A DNA stretch of 64,000 nt from Tepidisphaera sp. (GTDB lineage Bacteria; Planctomycetota; Phycisphaerae; Phycisphaerales; UBA1924). This document shows positions 56,256 through 64,000 of this stretch, piece after piece. Position 1 is the first letter of the stretch; the number at the start of each line of letters is the position of its first letter. The notes under the pieces are model-generated. The model ran no database searches, was not told where the DNA came from, and saw nothing but the letters and a program-made list of their open reading frames with translations. The DNA lies in the NCBI GenBank assembly GCA_050916045.1, contig CP051526.1:1248001-1312000 (forward strand), given 5' to 3'. The position numbers and the translations under genes are program-made.

Positions 56256-57332
56256 TTAGCGCACGCCGGAGAGTTCCTTCTGCGTGAGGCGGGCTTTGGC
56301 CGTTCGCAGGAGGTTTGTGGCTTTGTCTTTGTTTGTGTTGGAATTGTCGGCGGCGGCGGGCTCGAGCAGGGCGATCGCCCGGGTCAGGCTTTCGACCGTG
56401 TCCTGCTTGATGAGGGCGTCGGCTTGGGCGAGCGTCTCATCTTGGGGAGCGTCCGGGGTGGGCTTGGGGTCCGCCGGGGCGGCGGGGGTGGAAGGGGCGG
56501 CTGAGGGGGTGGTCGCCGGGGCCGGGCTGGCGGCGGGGGTTTCGGCGGGGCGGACCGGCGGGGCCGCTTGGAAGGTCTCGGCTTCCGCCGGGGCGGGTGC
56601 CGGTGTGGCGGATCGGGCTGCTTTGGGAGCGAAGTTGGGGTTGATGGAGACAAAGCCGCTGAAGTAGGCGGCAGCGCCGAGGGCCGTGAGCAGGCCGATT
56701 ACGGCGAAAGCACCGAAGAGCCACATCCAGAGCCAGCGGACGTTGGCTTCGAGCGCGGCGGCGTGGCGGAGCAGCGAGGAGGAAGGCTCGGTGTGGGTTG
56801 CGGGCGGCGGGGGCGGCGGGGCGGGCGGTTGAGCCGCGACGGGCGGGCCGCCGGGGAGGGCCCGGAGGGGCATGAGGCCCAGCTCCTGGCGGTCGCGCTG
56901 GAACTGGAACTCGATGTGGCACTCGGGGCAGTGCGGGTCGGTGGGTTCGACATCGCAGCCGCAGCTGTGGCACAGACCCAGAAGGTTGGCGACGCCGGGG
57001 ACGCGTTTGGCGGGGGACCAGAATTGATGCGTGGTCGGGCTTCGGAGGACCGAGTCGAGGGAGATGCGTCCGCGGGAGACGAGGGTGACGATGGTTTCGT
57101 AGGAGCAGCCGGACTGGTGGGGGCTGTCGGGGTTTCGGATGAACCAGGCGCCCATCGCGTTCTGCGAAGCTTGGCGCGAGAGGGGGTCGAGAAATCCGCG
57201 GCAGTGCGTGCAGCGTGGCTGGTCGGGGGTCGCGCCGCCGCAGTAGGGGCAGACGAACATCGGCAGCGCGGCGGGCTGGCCATGGGTGGAGTCAGCGGCG
57301 GGATCGGTGGTGGGTTCGGTGGTGGGTTGCAT
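56256..57332 (-). CDS. Double zinc-ribbon, single-TM hypothetical protein
   Basis: [40 protein letters not shown], Pro/Ala-rich C-terminus. Confidence 0.75.
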   Translation of the reverse strand: MQPTTEPTTDPAADSTHGQPAALPMFVCPYCGGATPDQPRCTHCRGFLDPLSRQASQNAMGAWFIRNPDSPHQSGCSYETIVTLVSRGRISLDSVLRSPTTHQFWSPAKRVPGVANLLGLCHSCGCDVEPTDPHCPECHIEFQFQRDRQELGLMPLRALPGGPPVAAQPPAPPPPPPATHTEPSSSLLRHAAALEANVRWLWMWLFGAFAVIGLLTALGAAAYFSGFVSINPNFAPKAARSATPAPAPAEAETFQAAPPVRPAETPAASPAPATTPSAAPSTPAAPADPKPTPDAPQDETLAQADALIKQDTVESLTRAIALLEPAAADNSNTNKDKATNLLRTAKARLTQKELSGVR

Positions 57333-57434
57333 CGGCTTTGGGAGTCGATTCGGACGCGGGGCGGCCGGGGTTGCGTCCGGGTGGAGTCCGGGAATCGTAG
57401 GGGGTGCGTGGTGGCGGGGGTCTACGCTGTGGTT

Positions 57435-58376
57435 GTGACGACCAAGGTTCGGATTACGGATGTTTCGCCGCGGGATGGGCTTCAGAACGAAGCCGGGGTG
57501 ATCCCGACGCTGGACAAAGCGGAGCTGGTGCGGCTGGTTGTGGCCAGCGGGGTGGACGAGGTTGAGGTGACGAGCTTTGTGAGCGCGAAGTGGGTGCCGC
57601 AGCTCGGCGATGCGGCGGAGGTTTTCGAAGCGGTCGCGGGGATGCGTGCGGCGGGGGGCGGGCCGGTTCTTTCGGCGCTGGTGCCCAACGAGCGCGGGAT
57701 GGCTTCGGCGATGGATGTGATTCGCAAGCACCCGGGGCTGATCGGGAAGGTCTCGGTGTTTACGGCGGCGAGCGAGACGTTTGCGAAGAAGAACACCAAC
57801 GCGAGCATCGCGGAGACGATCGAGCGGTTCAAGCCGGTGATCGAGGCGGCGCGGGGCGCGGGCGTGACGGTTCGCGGGTACCTGTCGTGCGTCATCGCGT
57901 GTCCGTTCGAGGGGCCGATTGCGCCCGAGCGGGTGGCGGAGGTCTCGGCGAAGCTTCGCGAGATCGGGGTGGATGAGCTTGACCTTGGCGACACGATCGG
58001 CGCGGGGACGGCAGAATCGGTCGGCGCGATGATGGATGCGGTGGGCGGGGTGTGGCCGGTGGGGCCGGGTGGGTGGCCTGGGAGCGAGCGCGGGCTTTTG
58101 ACGCTTCACCTTCACGACACGTTCGGCCGTGCGGCGGAGTGTGTGCGTGCGGCGCTGGCTCGGGGCGTGCGGTCGTTCGACGGGTCGGTCGCGGGGCTTG
58201 GCGGGTGTCCGTACGCGAGCACGCCGGGGAAGCGGGCACCCGGGAACATCGACACGCGGACGCTTGTCGAGACGGTGCACGCGGCGGGGTTTGCGACGAG
58301 CGTGTCGCTTGCGTCGCTCGAGCGGGCGGCGGAGTTCGCGCGGTCCGTCGTGGCGCGGGCGAGGAGCGTCTCGTGA
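57435..58376 (+). CDS. hmgL: Hydroxymethylglutaryl-CoA lyase
   Basis: DVSPRDGLQNE, TSFVSAKWVPQLGD, LGDTIG, LHLHDT, GLGGCPYA. Confidence 0.95.
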   Translation: MTTKVRITDVSPRDGLQNEAGVIPTLDKAELVRLVVASGVDEVEVTSFVSAKWVPQLGDAAEVFEAVAGMRAAGGGPVLSALVPNERGMASAMDVIRKHPGLIGKVSVFTAASETFAKKNTNASIAETIERFKPVIEAARGAGVTVRGYLSCVIACPFEGPIAPERVAEVSAKLREIGVDELDLGDTIGAGTAESVGAMMDAVGGVWPVGPGGWPGSERGLLTLHLHDTFGRAAECVRAALARGVRSFDGSVAGLGGCPYASTPGKRAPGNIDTRTLVETVHAAGFATSVSLASLERAAEFARSVVARARSVS

Positions 58377-59134
58377 TCAGCGTGCGCGTCGAGCATGAGG
58401 TCGCGCTGATCCTGCTGAACCGGCCGCAGAAGCGGAACGCGATGACGCCGGAGATGCTCGGGTCGCTGGTCTCGGCGGTGGAGCAGCTTGGCAGGACGGG
58501 GGCGCGGGCGATCGTGCTGAGCGGCGAGGGTGCGGCGTTTTGTGCGGGTTTTGACCTTTCGCTTTGCCAGGATCACCCGGACGGTTCGGTGATGCGGGCG
58601 CTGCTGACGGGGCTTTCGGGGGCGATCGAGGCGCTGCGTGACCAGCCGCTTCCGGTGGTGATCGCGGCGCACGGCGCGGCGATCGCGGGCGGGTGCGCGG
58701 TGCTGGGCGCGGGGGATCTGGTTTTCACCAACGACGAGGCCAAGCTTGGGTATCCGGTGGTGAAACTGGGCGTGTCGCCGGCGGTGTCGGCGCCGTTTCT
58801 CCGCCTGCGGGTTGGGGATGGTCACGCCCGCGAGCGGCTTTTGGACACGCGGCTGATCGGCGGGCGCGAAGCCGAGCGATGCGGGCTTGTGACGAAGTCG
58901 TTGGCGACGGCGGAAGAGGTCTTGCCGGCAGCGATGGAAGCGGCGCGGGTGCTGGCGAGCAAGCCCGCGCCGGCGATGGCGGCGACGCGCGGGTGGCTTG
59001 CGGAAATCGAGAGCGTCGGCGGCTTCGCGTGGCGGAGTCTGTCCGTGTCGCTTTCGCTGACCGGCGGTGAGGAAGAGCGGGCACTGCTCCCGGTCGCGTG
59101 GGCTCCGAGGAAGCAGACTGAGCGAGGTGCATGA
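58373..59134 (+). CDS. Enoyl-CoA hydratase/isomerase family protein (no canonical catalytic Glu)
   Basis: LNRPQKRNAM, AFCAGFDL, AAHGAAIAGG; GTGA-coupled to hmgL. Confidence 0.9.
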   Translation: MISVRVEHEVALILLNRPQKRNAMTPEMLGSLVSAVEQLGRTGARAIVLSGEGAAFCAGFDLSLCQDHPDGSVMRALLTGLSGAIEALRDQPLPVVIAAHGAAIAGGCAVLGAGDLVFTNDEAKLGYPVVKLGVSPAVSAPFLRLRVGDGHARERLLDTRLIGGREAERCGLVTKSLATAEEVLPAAMEAARVLASKPAPAMAATRGWLAEIESVGGFAWRSLSVSLSLTGGEEERALLPVAWAPRKQTERGA

Positions 59135-59877
59135 TGCTTGCGACACTTGAGTACAACGGTTCCATCGCGACGCTGACACTGAATCGACCGGAGGCCCGCA
59201 ACGCGCTGTCGATCGACCTGCTGGCTTCGCTCCACCATCGGGTGGATGAACTCGCGAAGCGGCCGGACGTGAAGGTGGCGGTGTTGACGGGTGCGGGGAA
59301 GGCGTTCTGCGCGGGGATGGACCTCAAAGCGGTGCTTGACAACCACGAGCTTGCGCTCGCGCTGCTGACATCGCTTGGCGAACTGACGCTGAAGCTTCGG
59401 GCGTTGCCGCAGGTGCTTGTGGCGCGGGTGAACGGAGCGGCGATCGGTGGCGGGTGCGGTCTGACGACGGTGTGCGACTTCGCCATCACGCACGCGGATT
59501 CGGTGATGGGGTTCCCGGAGGTCGATCTGGGCGTGTGTCCGGCGGTGGTGGCGCCGTGGCTGGTGCGTCGGCTTGGCGCGGGGAAAGCCCGGACGGTGTT
59601 GCTTCGCGGGGGGACGATGTCGGGGCAGCAGGCGTACGACATCGGGATGGTGTCGGGCGTGGTGGGGGCGGCCGGCGATCTTGACGCGGCGACGAGCGAG
59701 CTTGTCACGCGGCTTGCGCAGGGCGGGGGGGATGCGCTTCGAGCGACGAAGGGGCTGCTCAACGATATCGACGGCTCGCGTGATGCGGAGCTGGTGCGCA
59801 AGGGCGCGCGGCTTTCGGCGGACGTGCTGAGCACGCCGGAAGCTCAGGAGAGGCTTCGGGCGAGGATGAAGTCCTGA
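59131..59877 (+). CDS. Enoyl-CoA hydratase family protein, probable methylglutaconyl-CoA hydratase
   Basis: LNRPEARNAL, AFCAGMDL, VNGAAIGGGCGL, GFPEVDLG; context with HMG-CoA lyase. Confidence 0.88.
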   Translation: MMLATLEYNGSIATLTLNRPEARNALSIDLLASLHHRVDELAKRPDVKVAVLTGAGKAFCAGMDLKAVLDNHELALALLTSLGELTLKLRALPQVLVARVNGAAIGGGCGLTTVCDFAITHADSVMGFPEVDLGVCPAVVAPWLVRRLGAGKARTVLLRGGTMSGQQAYDIGMVSGVVGAAGDLDAATSELVTRLAQGGGDALRATKGLLNDIDGSRDAELVRKGARLSADVLSTPEAQERLRARMKS

Positions 59878-59886
59878 GAGTCAGAT

Positions 59887-60801
59887 TCAGGCGGGGGTCT
59901 GCTGTGCCTCGAAGGCGATCACTCCGGCCAGCGCGAGAGCGATGATGATCATCCACCCGATGACGGACAAGAGCCACATGGCTTTGAGCCGGTTGTTCTC
60001 GCAAAGCCAGAAGACGTAATACAGCGATGGAATCTGGAGGAGGAACGGGATAATCGAGGCCTCTTCCTGTTCGTTCTCGCGGCCGTACCATGCCGCAGAA
60101 ACTGTGAGCGTCATCACAGCAATGTGATACAGCCCCCAGAAGACTCGTCCTTCGAGAAACGGTTGGACGATCATGGCGATCATGTAGTACAGGCCATAGA
60201 CCAGAATCGACGCTACGAAGACGAGCCAAAAGATTGGCGCGACGAGCGAAACGGCGATGGTGGCGCCGAAGAAGATGACGATCAGGCCCGCGATCTTCGA
60301 AACCTCGTTCCAGTCGGTGTTGCTGCCCAGGGAAACTCGAGGCCCTGATCGGGACCCGCCCGAGCTGCCGCCACCGCCGCGATCCGCGAGCACCTTCGTC
60401 TTGATCACCTTGCCCGTCTGCGCGTTGTAGCCGCAGACGAGGCAGACGGTCGCGCCCGGGGACATGGCGGCGGAGCAGGCGTTGCAGGTCGCGGCTCGCA
60501 ACTGGACCGCAGGGGCGTCCTTGGAGGTGGTGATGGAGGGGAGGGCTTCGCCGAGGATCTTCTCCATGATCGGGTCGACCATCGCGGGCGCCTCGGCGGG
60601 CTTGGCGACCGCGCGGCTGCCGGGGAGTGGCGTGGGATCGGGGGCGGGCTTGGACGTGAGCATCGCCGGCGGGGAGGTCTGAGCCGCGCTCTTCGCGCTG
60701 CAGGACTGGCAGAAGTACCGGCCCTGCACGTCCTTGGTGCGAGGCTTGTCCGAAACATCAAGGCCGCACAGGTTGCACACTTTCTGCTTGACGCCGGACA
60801 T
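59887..60801 (-). CDS. Zinc-ribbon multi-TM hypothetical protein
   Basis: CNLC...CQSC and CNAC...CLVCGYN, followed by about 5 TM helices; GGAG SD. Confidence 0.75.
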   Translation of the reverse strand: MSGVKQKVCNLCGLDVSDKPRTKDVQGRYFCQSCSAKSAAQTSPPAMLTSKPAPDPTPLPGSRAVAKPAEAPAMVDPIMEKILGEALPSITTSKDAPAVQLRAATCNACSAAMSPGATVCLVCGYNAQTGKVIKTKVLADRGGGGSSGGSRSGPRVSLGSNTDWNEVSKIAGLIVIFFGATIAVSLVAPIFWLVFVASILVYGLYYMIAMIVQPFLEGRVFWGLYHIAVMTLTVSAAWYGRENEQEEASIIPFLLQIPSLYYVFWLCENNRLKAMWLLSVIGWMIIIALALAGVIAFEAQQTPA

Positions 60802-60876
60802 GCGAAGTTCTCCCGAATGAAGGGGAGAGCATATCCGAAGCTGGAGAAATTGAAAAGCCTGATCGAAAGGGTTCGT

Positions 60877-61560
60877 TTACCAGCCGGGCTTGGGGGCGGG
60901 CGGACCGCTTCGGGCAGCGGGCCTGGGCGGGGGCGCGGCCGCGGGTTTGAAGCCCTTGGCGACGATGTAGGTTTCGCGGCTGACGTCTCGGCAGGCGTGC
61001 GGCTTGAAACCTTGGGCCCGCGCGAAGATCGCCTGGGTTTCTCGGACCACGTCCATGTAGTCGGTGCCCTCGAAGATCTTCATCGTGAGGTTGCCGCCGG
61101 GGCGGAGGACTTCGGGGAGGAGTTCGAGGACCCTGCGGCAGAGGCGGGCGGACGCGAAGTCGTCGCCGTGGCCGGTGGTGTTGGGAGCCATGTCGCTGAG
61201 GACGACATCGAAAAATCGGCCGGGGTTAAGCTCGTTGCGGATGTGGGCGAGGAGGTGTTCGGCGGAGGCGTTGAAGGCGTCGCCGATCTCCGCGATGACG
61301 CGGGCTTCACCCCACGAGGTCGCGACGGGGTTGGTTTCGAGGAGGTCGATGCCGACGACGACGCCGGTCTTGCCGACGGCTTCGCTTGCGGTTTGGAGCC
61401 AGGATCCCGGTGCGCAGCCGAGGTCCAGGACGCGGTCGCCGGGGCGGAAGAGGCGGTGGCGTTCGTCGATTTCCTTGAGCTTGTAGGCCGAGCGCGCGAC
61501 GTACCCCTCGGCTTTGGCCTGTCGGAAGTACGCGTCGTGGAGTTTGCGGGGTTGGGGCAT
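60877..61560 (-). CDS. rlmE: 23S rRNA (U2552-2'-O)-methyltransferase RlmE/FtsJ
   Basis: AKAEGYVARSAYKLKEI, VLDLGCAPGSW, VLSDMAPN, MKIFEG, SRETY. Confidence 0.95.
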   Translation of the reverse strand: MPQPRKLHDAYFRQAKAEGYVARSAYKLKEIDERHRLFRPGDRVLDLGCAPGSWLQTASEAVGKTGVVVGIDLLETNPVATSWGEARVIAEIGDAFNASAEHLLAHIRNELNPGRFFDVVLSDMAPNTTGHGDDFASARLCRRVLELLPEVLRPGGNLTMKIFEGTDYMDVVRETQAIFARAQGFKPHACRDVSRETYIVAKGFKPAAAPPPRPAARSGPPAPKPGW

Positions 61561-61669
61561 CGCCGCTTGGAGGTTAGCGTCGCCGCGCGGTATGAGCCCG
61601 GCCCGCCGTGCGGAGGCCGGAATGCTGGGTCCGGGACCCTCGACTCGGAACTTGGTCCTACAAAAGGGC

Positions 61670-62470
61670 TTAGAACGGGCCGTTGGCGGTGCCGATGGCG
61701 CTCCACGCACCGACCTCGACCTTGACGTCGCCGCTCGCGCTGAGCATGGACCACGTCTTTGTGCCGCCGTTGAGCGTCGCTCCGAACGTGGTGAGGGTCT
61801 TCTTGACGGATTCGAGGCCATCCGCCCGGACGTTTACCTGCGGCTCGCCCTTGGGCGTGTTGAGCTCGAGGCGTCCCTGGGAGCTTGTTGGAACAAGGAT
61901 CGAAATGTCCCCCATGGTCGTGCGGAGGGAGACGGCTTCGGCGATGCGTCGCGTGGTTTCGATCCGGATATCGCCGCCGTCGCCGCCCTTGTATCCGTTC
62001 TCGACGGTGATCTCGCCGCCGATGTTGCGGAGCACGACGTTGCCGCCGGAATTGCGGACGCGGATGCCCTCGCAGGTGGGGGTCTGGATGAGCAGGCGGA
62101 CGGAGGATGGCTTGGTCTTCGCGTCGCGGGTCGTCATGACGCGGAGCACCGGCTTGCCCTGCACGGCGACGACCTCGGCGGCGTACCAGGACTTGACGGT
62201 GGCGTCGTCGGTGAGCCGCATGAACTGGCTGGACTCATCGAGGACCCAGGCCCGCAGGGTGGGCTGCGTGAGGGTCGGAATGACCTCGACCTCGACCGAG
62301 CCGCGGAAGTTCTCGATGTCGACCATGAGGGGCCGGTCGAGGCGGGCGACGGAGTTGGCTTTGCTGACCCGAAGGTCGTGCGTGGTCGGGACCGAGCAGC
62401 CGGTCGCGGCGAGAAGCAGGCCGGCAAGGGCGGTGGAAGCGAGGGCTTTGAGCGTGCCGCGGGTGGTCAT
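61670..62470 (-). CDS. Lipoprotein with DUF4097-like beta-strand repeats
   Basis: Lipobox LAATGC; repeats ENFRGSVEV, NSGGNVVL, TTMGDISI, SASGDVKV. Confidence 0.75.
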   Translation of the reverse strand: MTTRGTLKALASTALAGLLLAATGCSVPTTHDLRVSKANSVARLDRPLMVDIENFRGSVEVEVIPTLTQPTLRAWVLDESSQFMRLTDDATVKSWYAAEVVAVQGKPVLRVMTTRDAKTKPSSVRLLIQTPTCEGIRVRNSGGNVVLRNIGGEITVENGYKGGDGGDIRIETTRRIAEAVSLRTTMGDISILVPTSSQGRLELNTPKGEPQVNVRADGLESVKKTLTTFGATLNGGTKTWSMLSASGDVKVEVGAWSAIGTANGPF

Positions 62471-63131
62471 TCAGAGCTCCGGTGGGCGGTCGGGTTCTTC
62501 AAGGGTGGGCCCCAGAGGGGCCGGGACGGGAAGGGCGAGGACGGGAGTTGTACGCCTGTTCCCGGCAATGGGACGGCGGGCCCAAGCGGTACGCCCGGGA
62601 CGGGCGCGTGGTGCGTCCGCGGGGGGTGTATCGACCGGGAAGGGCTTTCATCCGCAAAGGAGGGGGTCGCCTAGGTGTGGCGTGCGGGGGTGTTCGGATT
62701 CGGGTAAGATCATGCTGCCCTCGTTTCGGCCCGCGATGGGCCGGGAAGGGTTGTAAGCGTGTTCCAGCGCCCGGCTGGGTGCTTGGACGATCAGAGGTTT
62801 GGTCGGCGGGAGATTCCCGCTGTATGAAGGTTGATGGTCAGGATGGGTCCCGAGCGTCGGCGAGAAGATCGCGACGGTCGGGACGGGCAGGGGTGGGTCG
62901 CGGGCTTGGGCTTGGTGGTTTTGGGTGGGGATGCCCGCGAGCGGAAGCAGGAATGGAGCGTCACGTGGAGTGGATTGGCCGGGCGTGGGTGGTCGAGGTT
63001 GGTGGAGGGGCGCGCGAGCGCCGCTTGGCGAGGCCGATAAGCAGTTCCTGTCCGCGATCCTGATTGATTGACAGACCGACCGAGGTCGACCATGTCCCGT
63101 GCCGCGGCGCTTTCTGGAAGGAAGGTGCCTG

Positions 63132-64000
63132 ATGGATCTTTTTCTCTCTCCCGTGCTCGCCGATGTGACCAACGTCGTCGCCGGCGTCATCGGCGCTGGT
63201 GCGATCGTCATCGGGCTTCTCATCGGTGCCGCCGTCGGGTTCAGGATGCACAAAACCTCGACCGCGGGGGTCGTCGAGGAAGCCAACGCCAAAGCTCGCG
63301 AGATCACCGCTCGCGCCGAGACCGACGCCCGCGCCGCCGCAGACCGCGTCCGCCTCGAAGCCGAACAGAAAGCCCTCGAAGCCAAGAAAGCCGCCGAGAA
63401 GGAGCTTGACGGGGCCCGCAACGAACTCCGCGAAGCCGAACGCCGCCTCCAGAAACGCGAGGACGCCTTTGACCGCAAGGAGGATGGTCTGAACCAGAAG
63501 GAGCAGACCCTCCAGCGCAAGGACAGCGACCTGCAGCGGCAGATCGATCAGTACAAGACCAAGGAAGCCAAGCTTGGCGAGAAGGAAGCCGCTCTCGACA
63601 AAGCTCTCGAAGAGCAGACCAACAAGCTCTACCAGCTCACGCAGCTGTCGCCGGCCCAAGCCAAGGAAGAGCTCCTCCGGCGCGTCGAGGATGAGTGCAG
63701 GCTTGATGTCGCCAAGGTCGTCCGCAAGATGAACGAGGAAGCGGAAGCGGAAGCCAAGAAGAAAGCTCAGGAAATCACTCTCATGGCTGTGCAGCGGTAC
63801 GCCACCGAGCACACGCAGGAGTCGACCGTGCGGGCGGTGGCGCTCCCCAGCGACGACATCAAGGGCCGCATCATCGGCCGCGAGGGACGCAACATCCGCG
63901 CGATCGAGAAAGCGACCGGCGTGGACATCATCGTCGACGACACCCCCGGCGTCATCGTCGTCAGCTGCTTCGACAAGGTCCGGCAAGCGGTGGCGGTCGA
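63132..64000 (+). CDS. rny: Ribonuclease Y (3' partial; missing from the ORF track because it has no stop in the window)
   Basis: Manual translation: N-terminal TM, long coiled coil, KH domain [35 protein letters not shown]...SCFD; GAAGG upstream. Confidence 0.96.
   Translation, partial: MDLFLSPVLADVTNVVAGVIGAGAIVIGLLIGAAVGFRMHKTSTAGVVEEANAKAREITARAETDARAAADRVRLEAEQKALEAKKAAEKELDGARNELREAERRLQKREDAFDRKEDGLNQKEQTLQRKDSDLQRQIDQYKTKEAKLGEKEAALDKALEEQTNKLYQLTQLSPAQAKEELLRRVEDECRLDVAKVVRKMNEEAEAEAKKKAQEITLMAVQRYATEHTQESTVRAVALPSDDIKGRIIGREGRNIRAIEKATGVDIIVDDTPGVIVVSCFDKVRQAVAV

Noticed and set aside
1..64000. Mobile elements, prophage, defence systems, tRNA/rRNA
   Set aside because: No transposase, integrase, reverse transcriptase, nuclease-effector or tRNA/rRNA signatures recognised by eye; a dedicated scan could still find divergent ones.

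Overview
High-GC bacterial chromosomal window, most consistent with a Phycisphaerales (Planctomycetota) genome. This is inferred from the ...FEAGC* dockerin-like tail, the prepilin-type protein and the CxxC zinc-ribbon membrane proteins. It is mostly housekeeping DNA: a flagellar export cluster (fliL-like, fliN, fliO, fliP, fliQ, fliR, flhB, flhA, two small ORFs, fliA/whiG), folK, ileS, hldD, a LysM protein, tgt-yajC-secDF, an ECF42-type sigma/DGPF pair, panC, a large vWA protein, an aspartate aminotransferase, ribB(X), galE, hldE, lpxK, maf, HMG-CoA lyase plus two crotonases, rlmE and the 5' part of rny. I found no rRNA, tRNA, CRISPR array, transposase or integrase. The most unusual items are: (i) a ~570-bp non-genic cassette upstream of tgt, built from four different tandem-repeat types and ending in an orphan, collapsed dockerin-like tail; (ii) a lipoprotein fusing a CX5R phosphatase/sulfurtransferase-like domain to a C-terminal CxxCH heme c domain; (iii) a multi-hairpin structured RNA candidate at ~14970-15200; (iv) pervasive TANNNT boxes 5-8 nt before start codons (leaderless genes) and sigma28-like promoters before non-flagellar genes; (v) enzymes with lost signature residues (IleRS zinc finger, GTP cyclohydrolase II domain, a crotonase); (vi) flhF/flhG missing between flhA and fliA. 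I cannot claim a clearly new system. All calls come from manual motif reading, without database searches.
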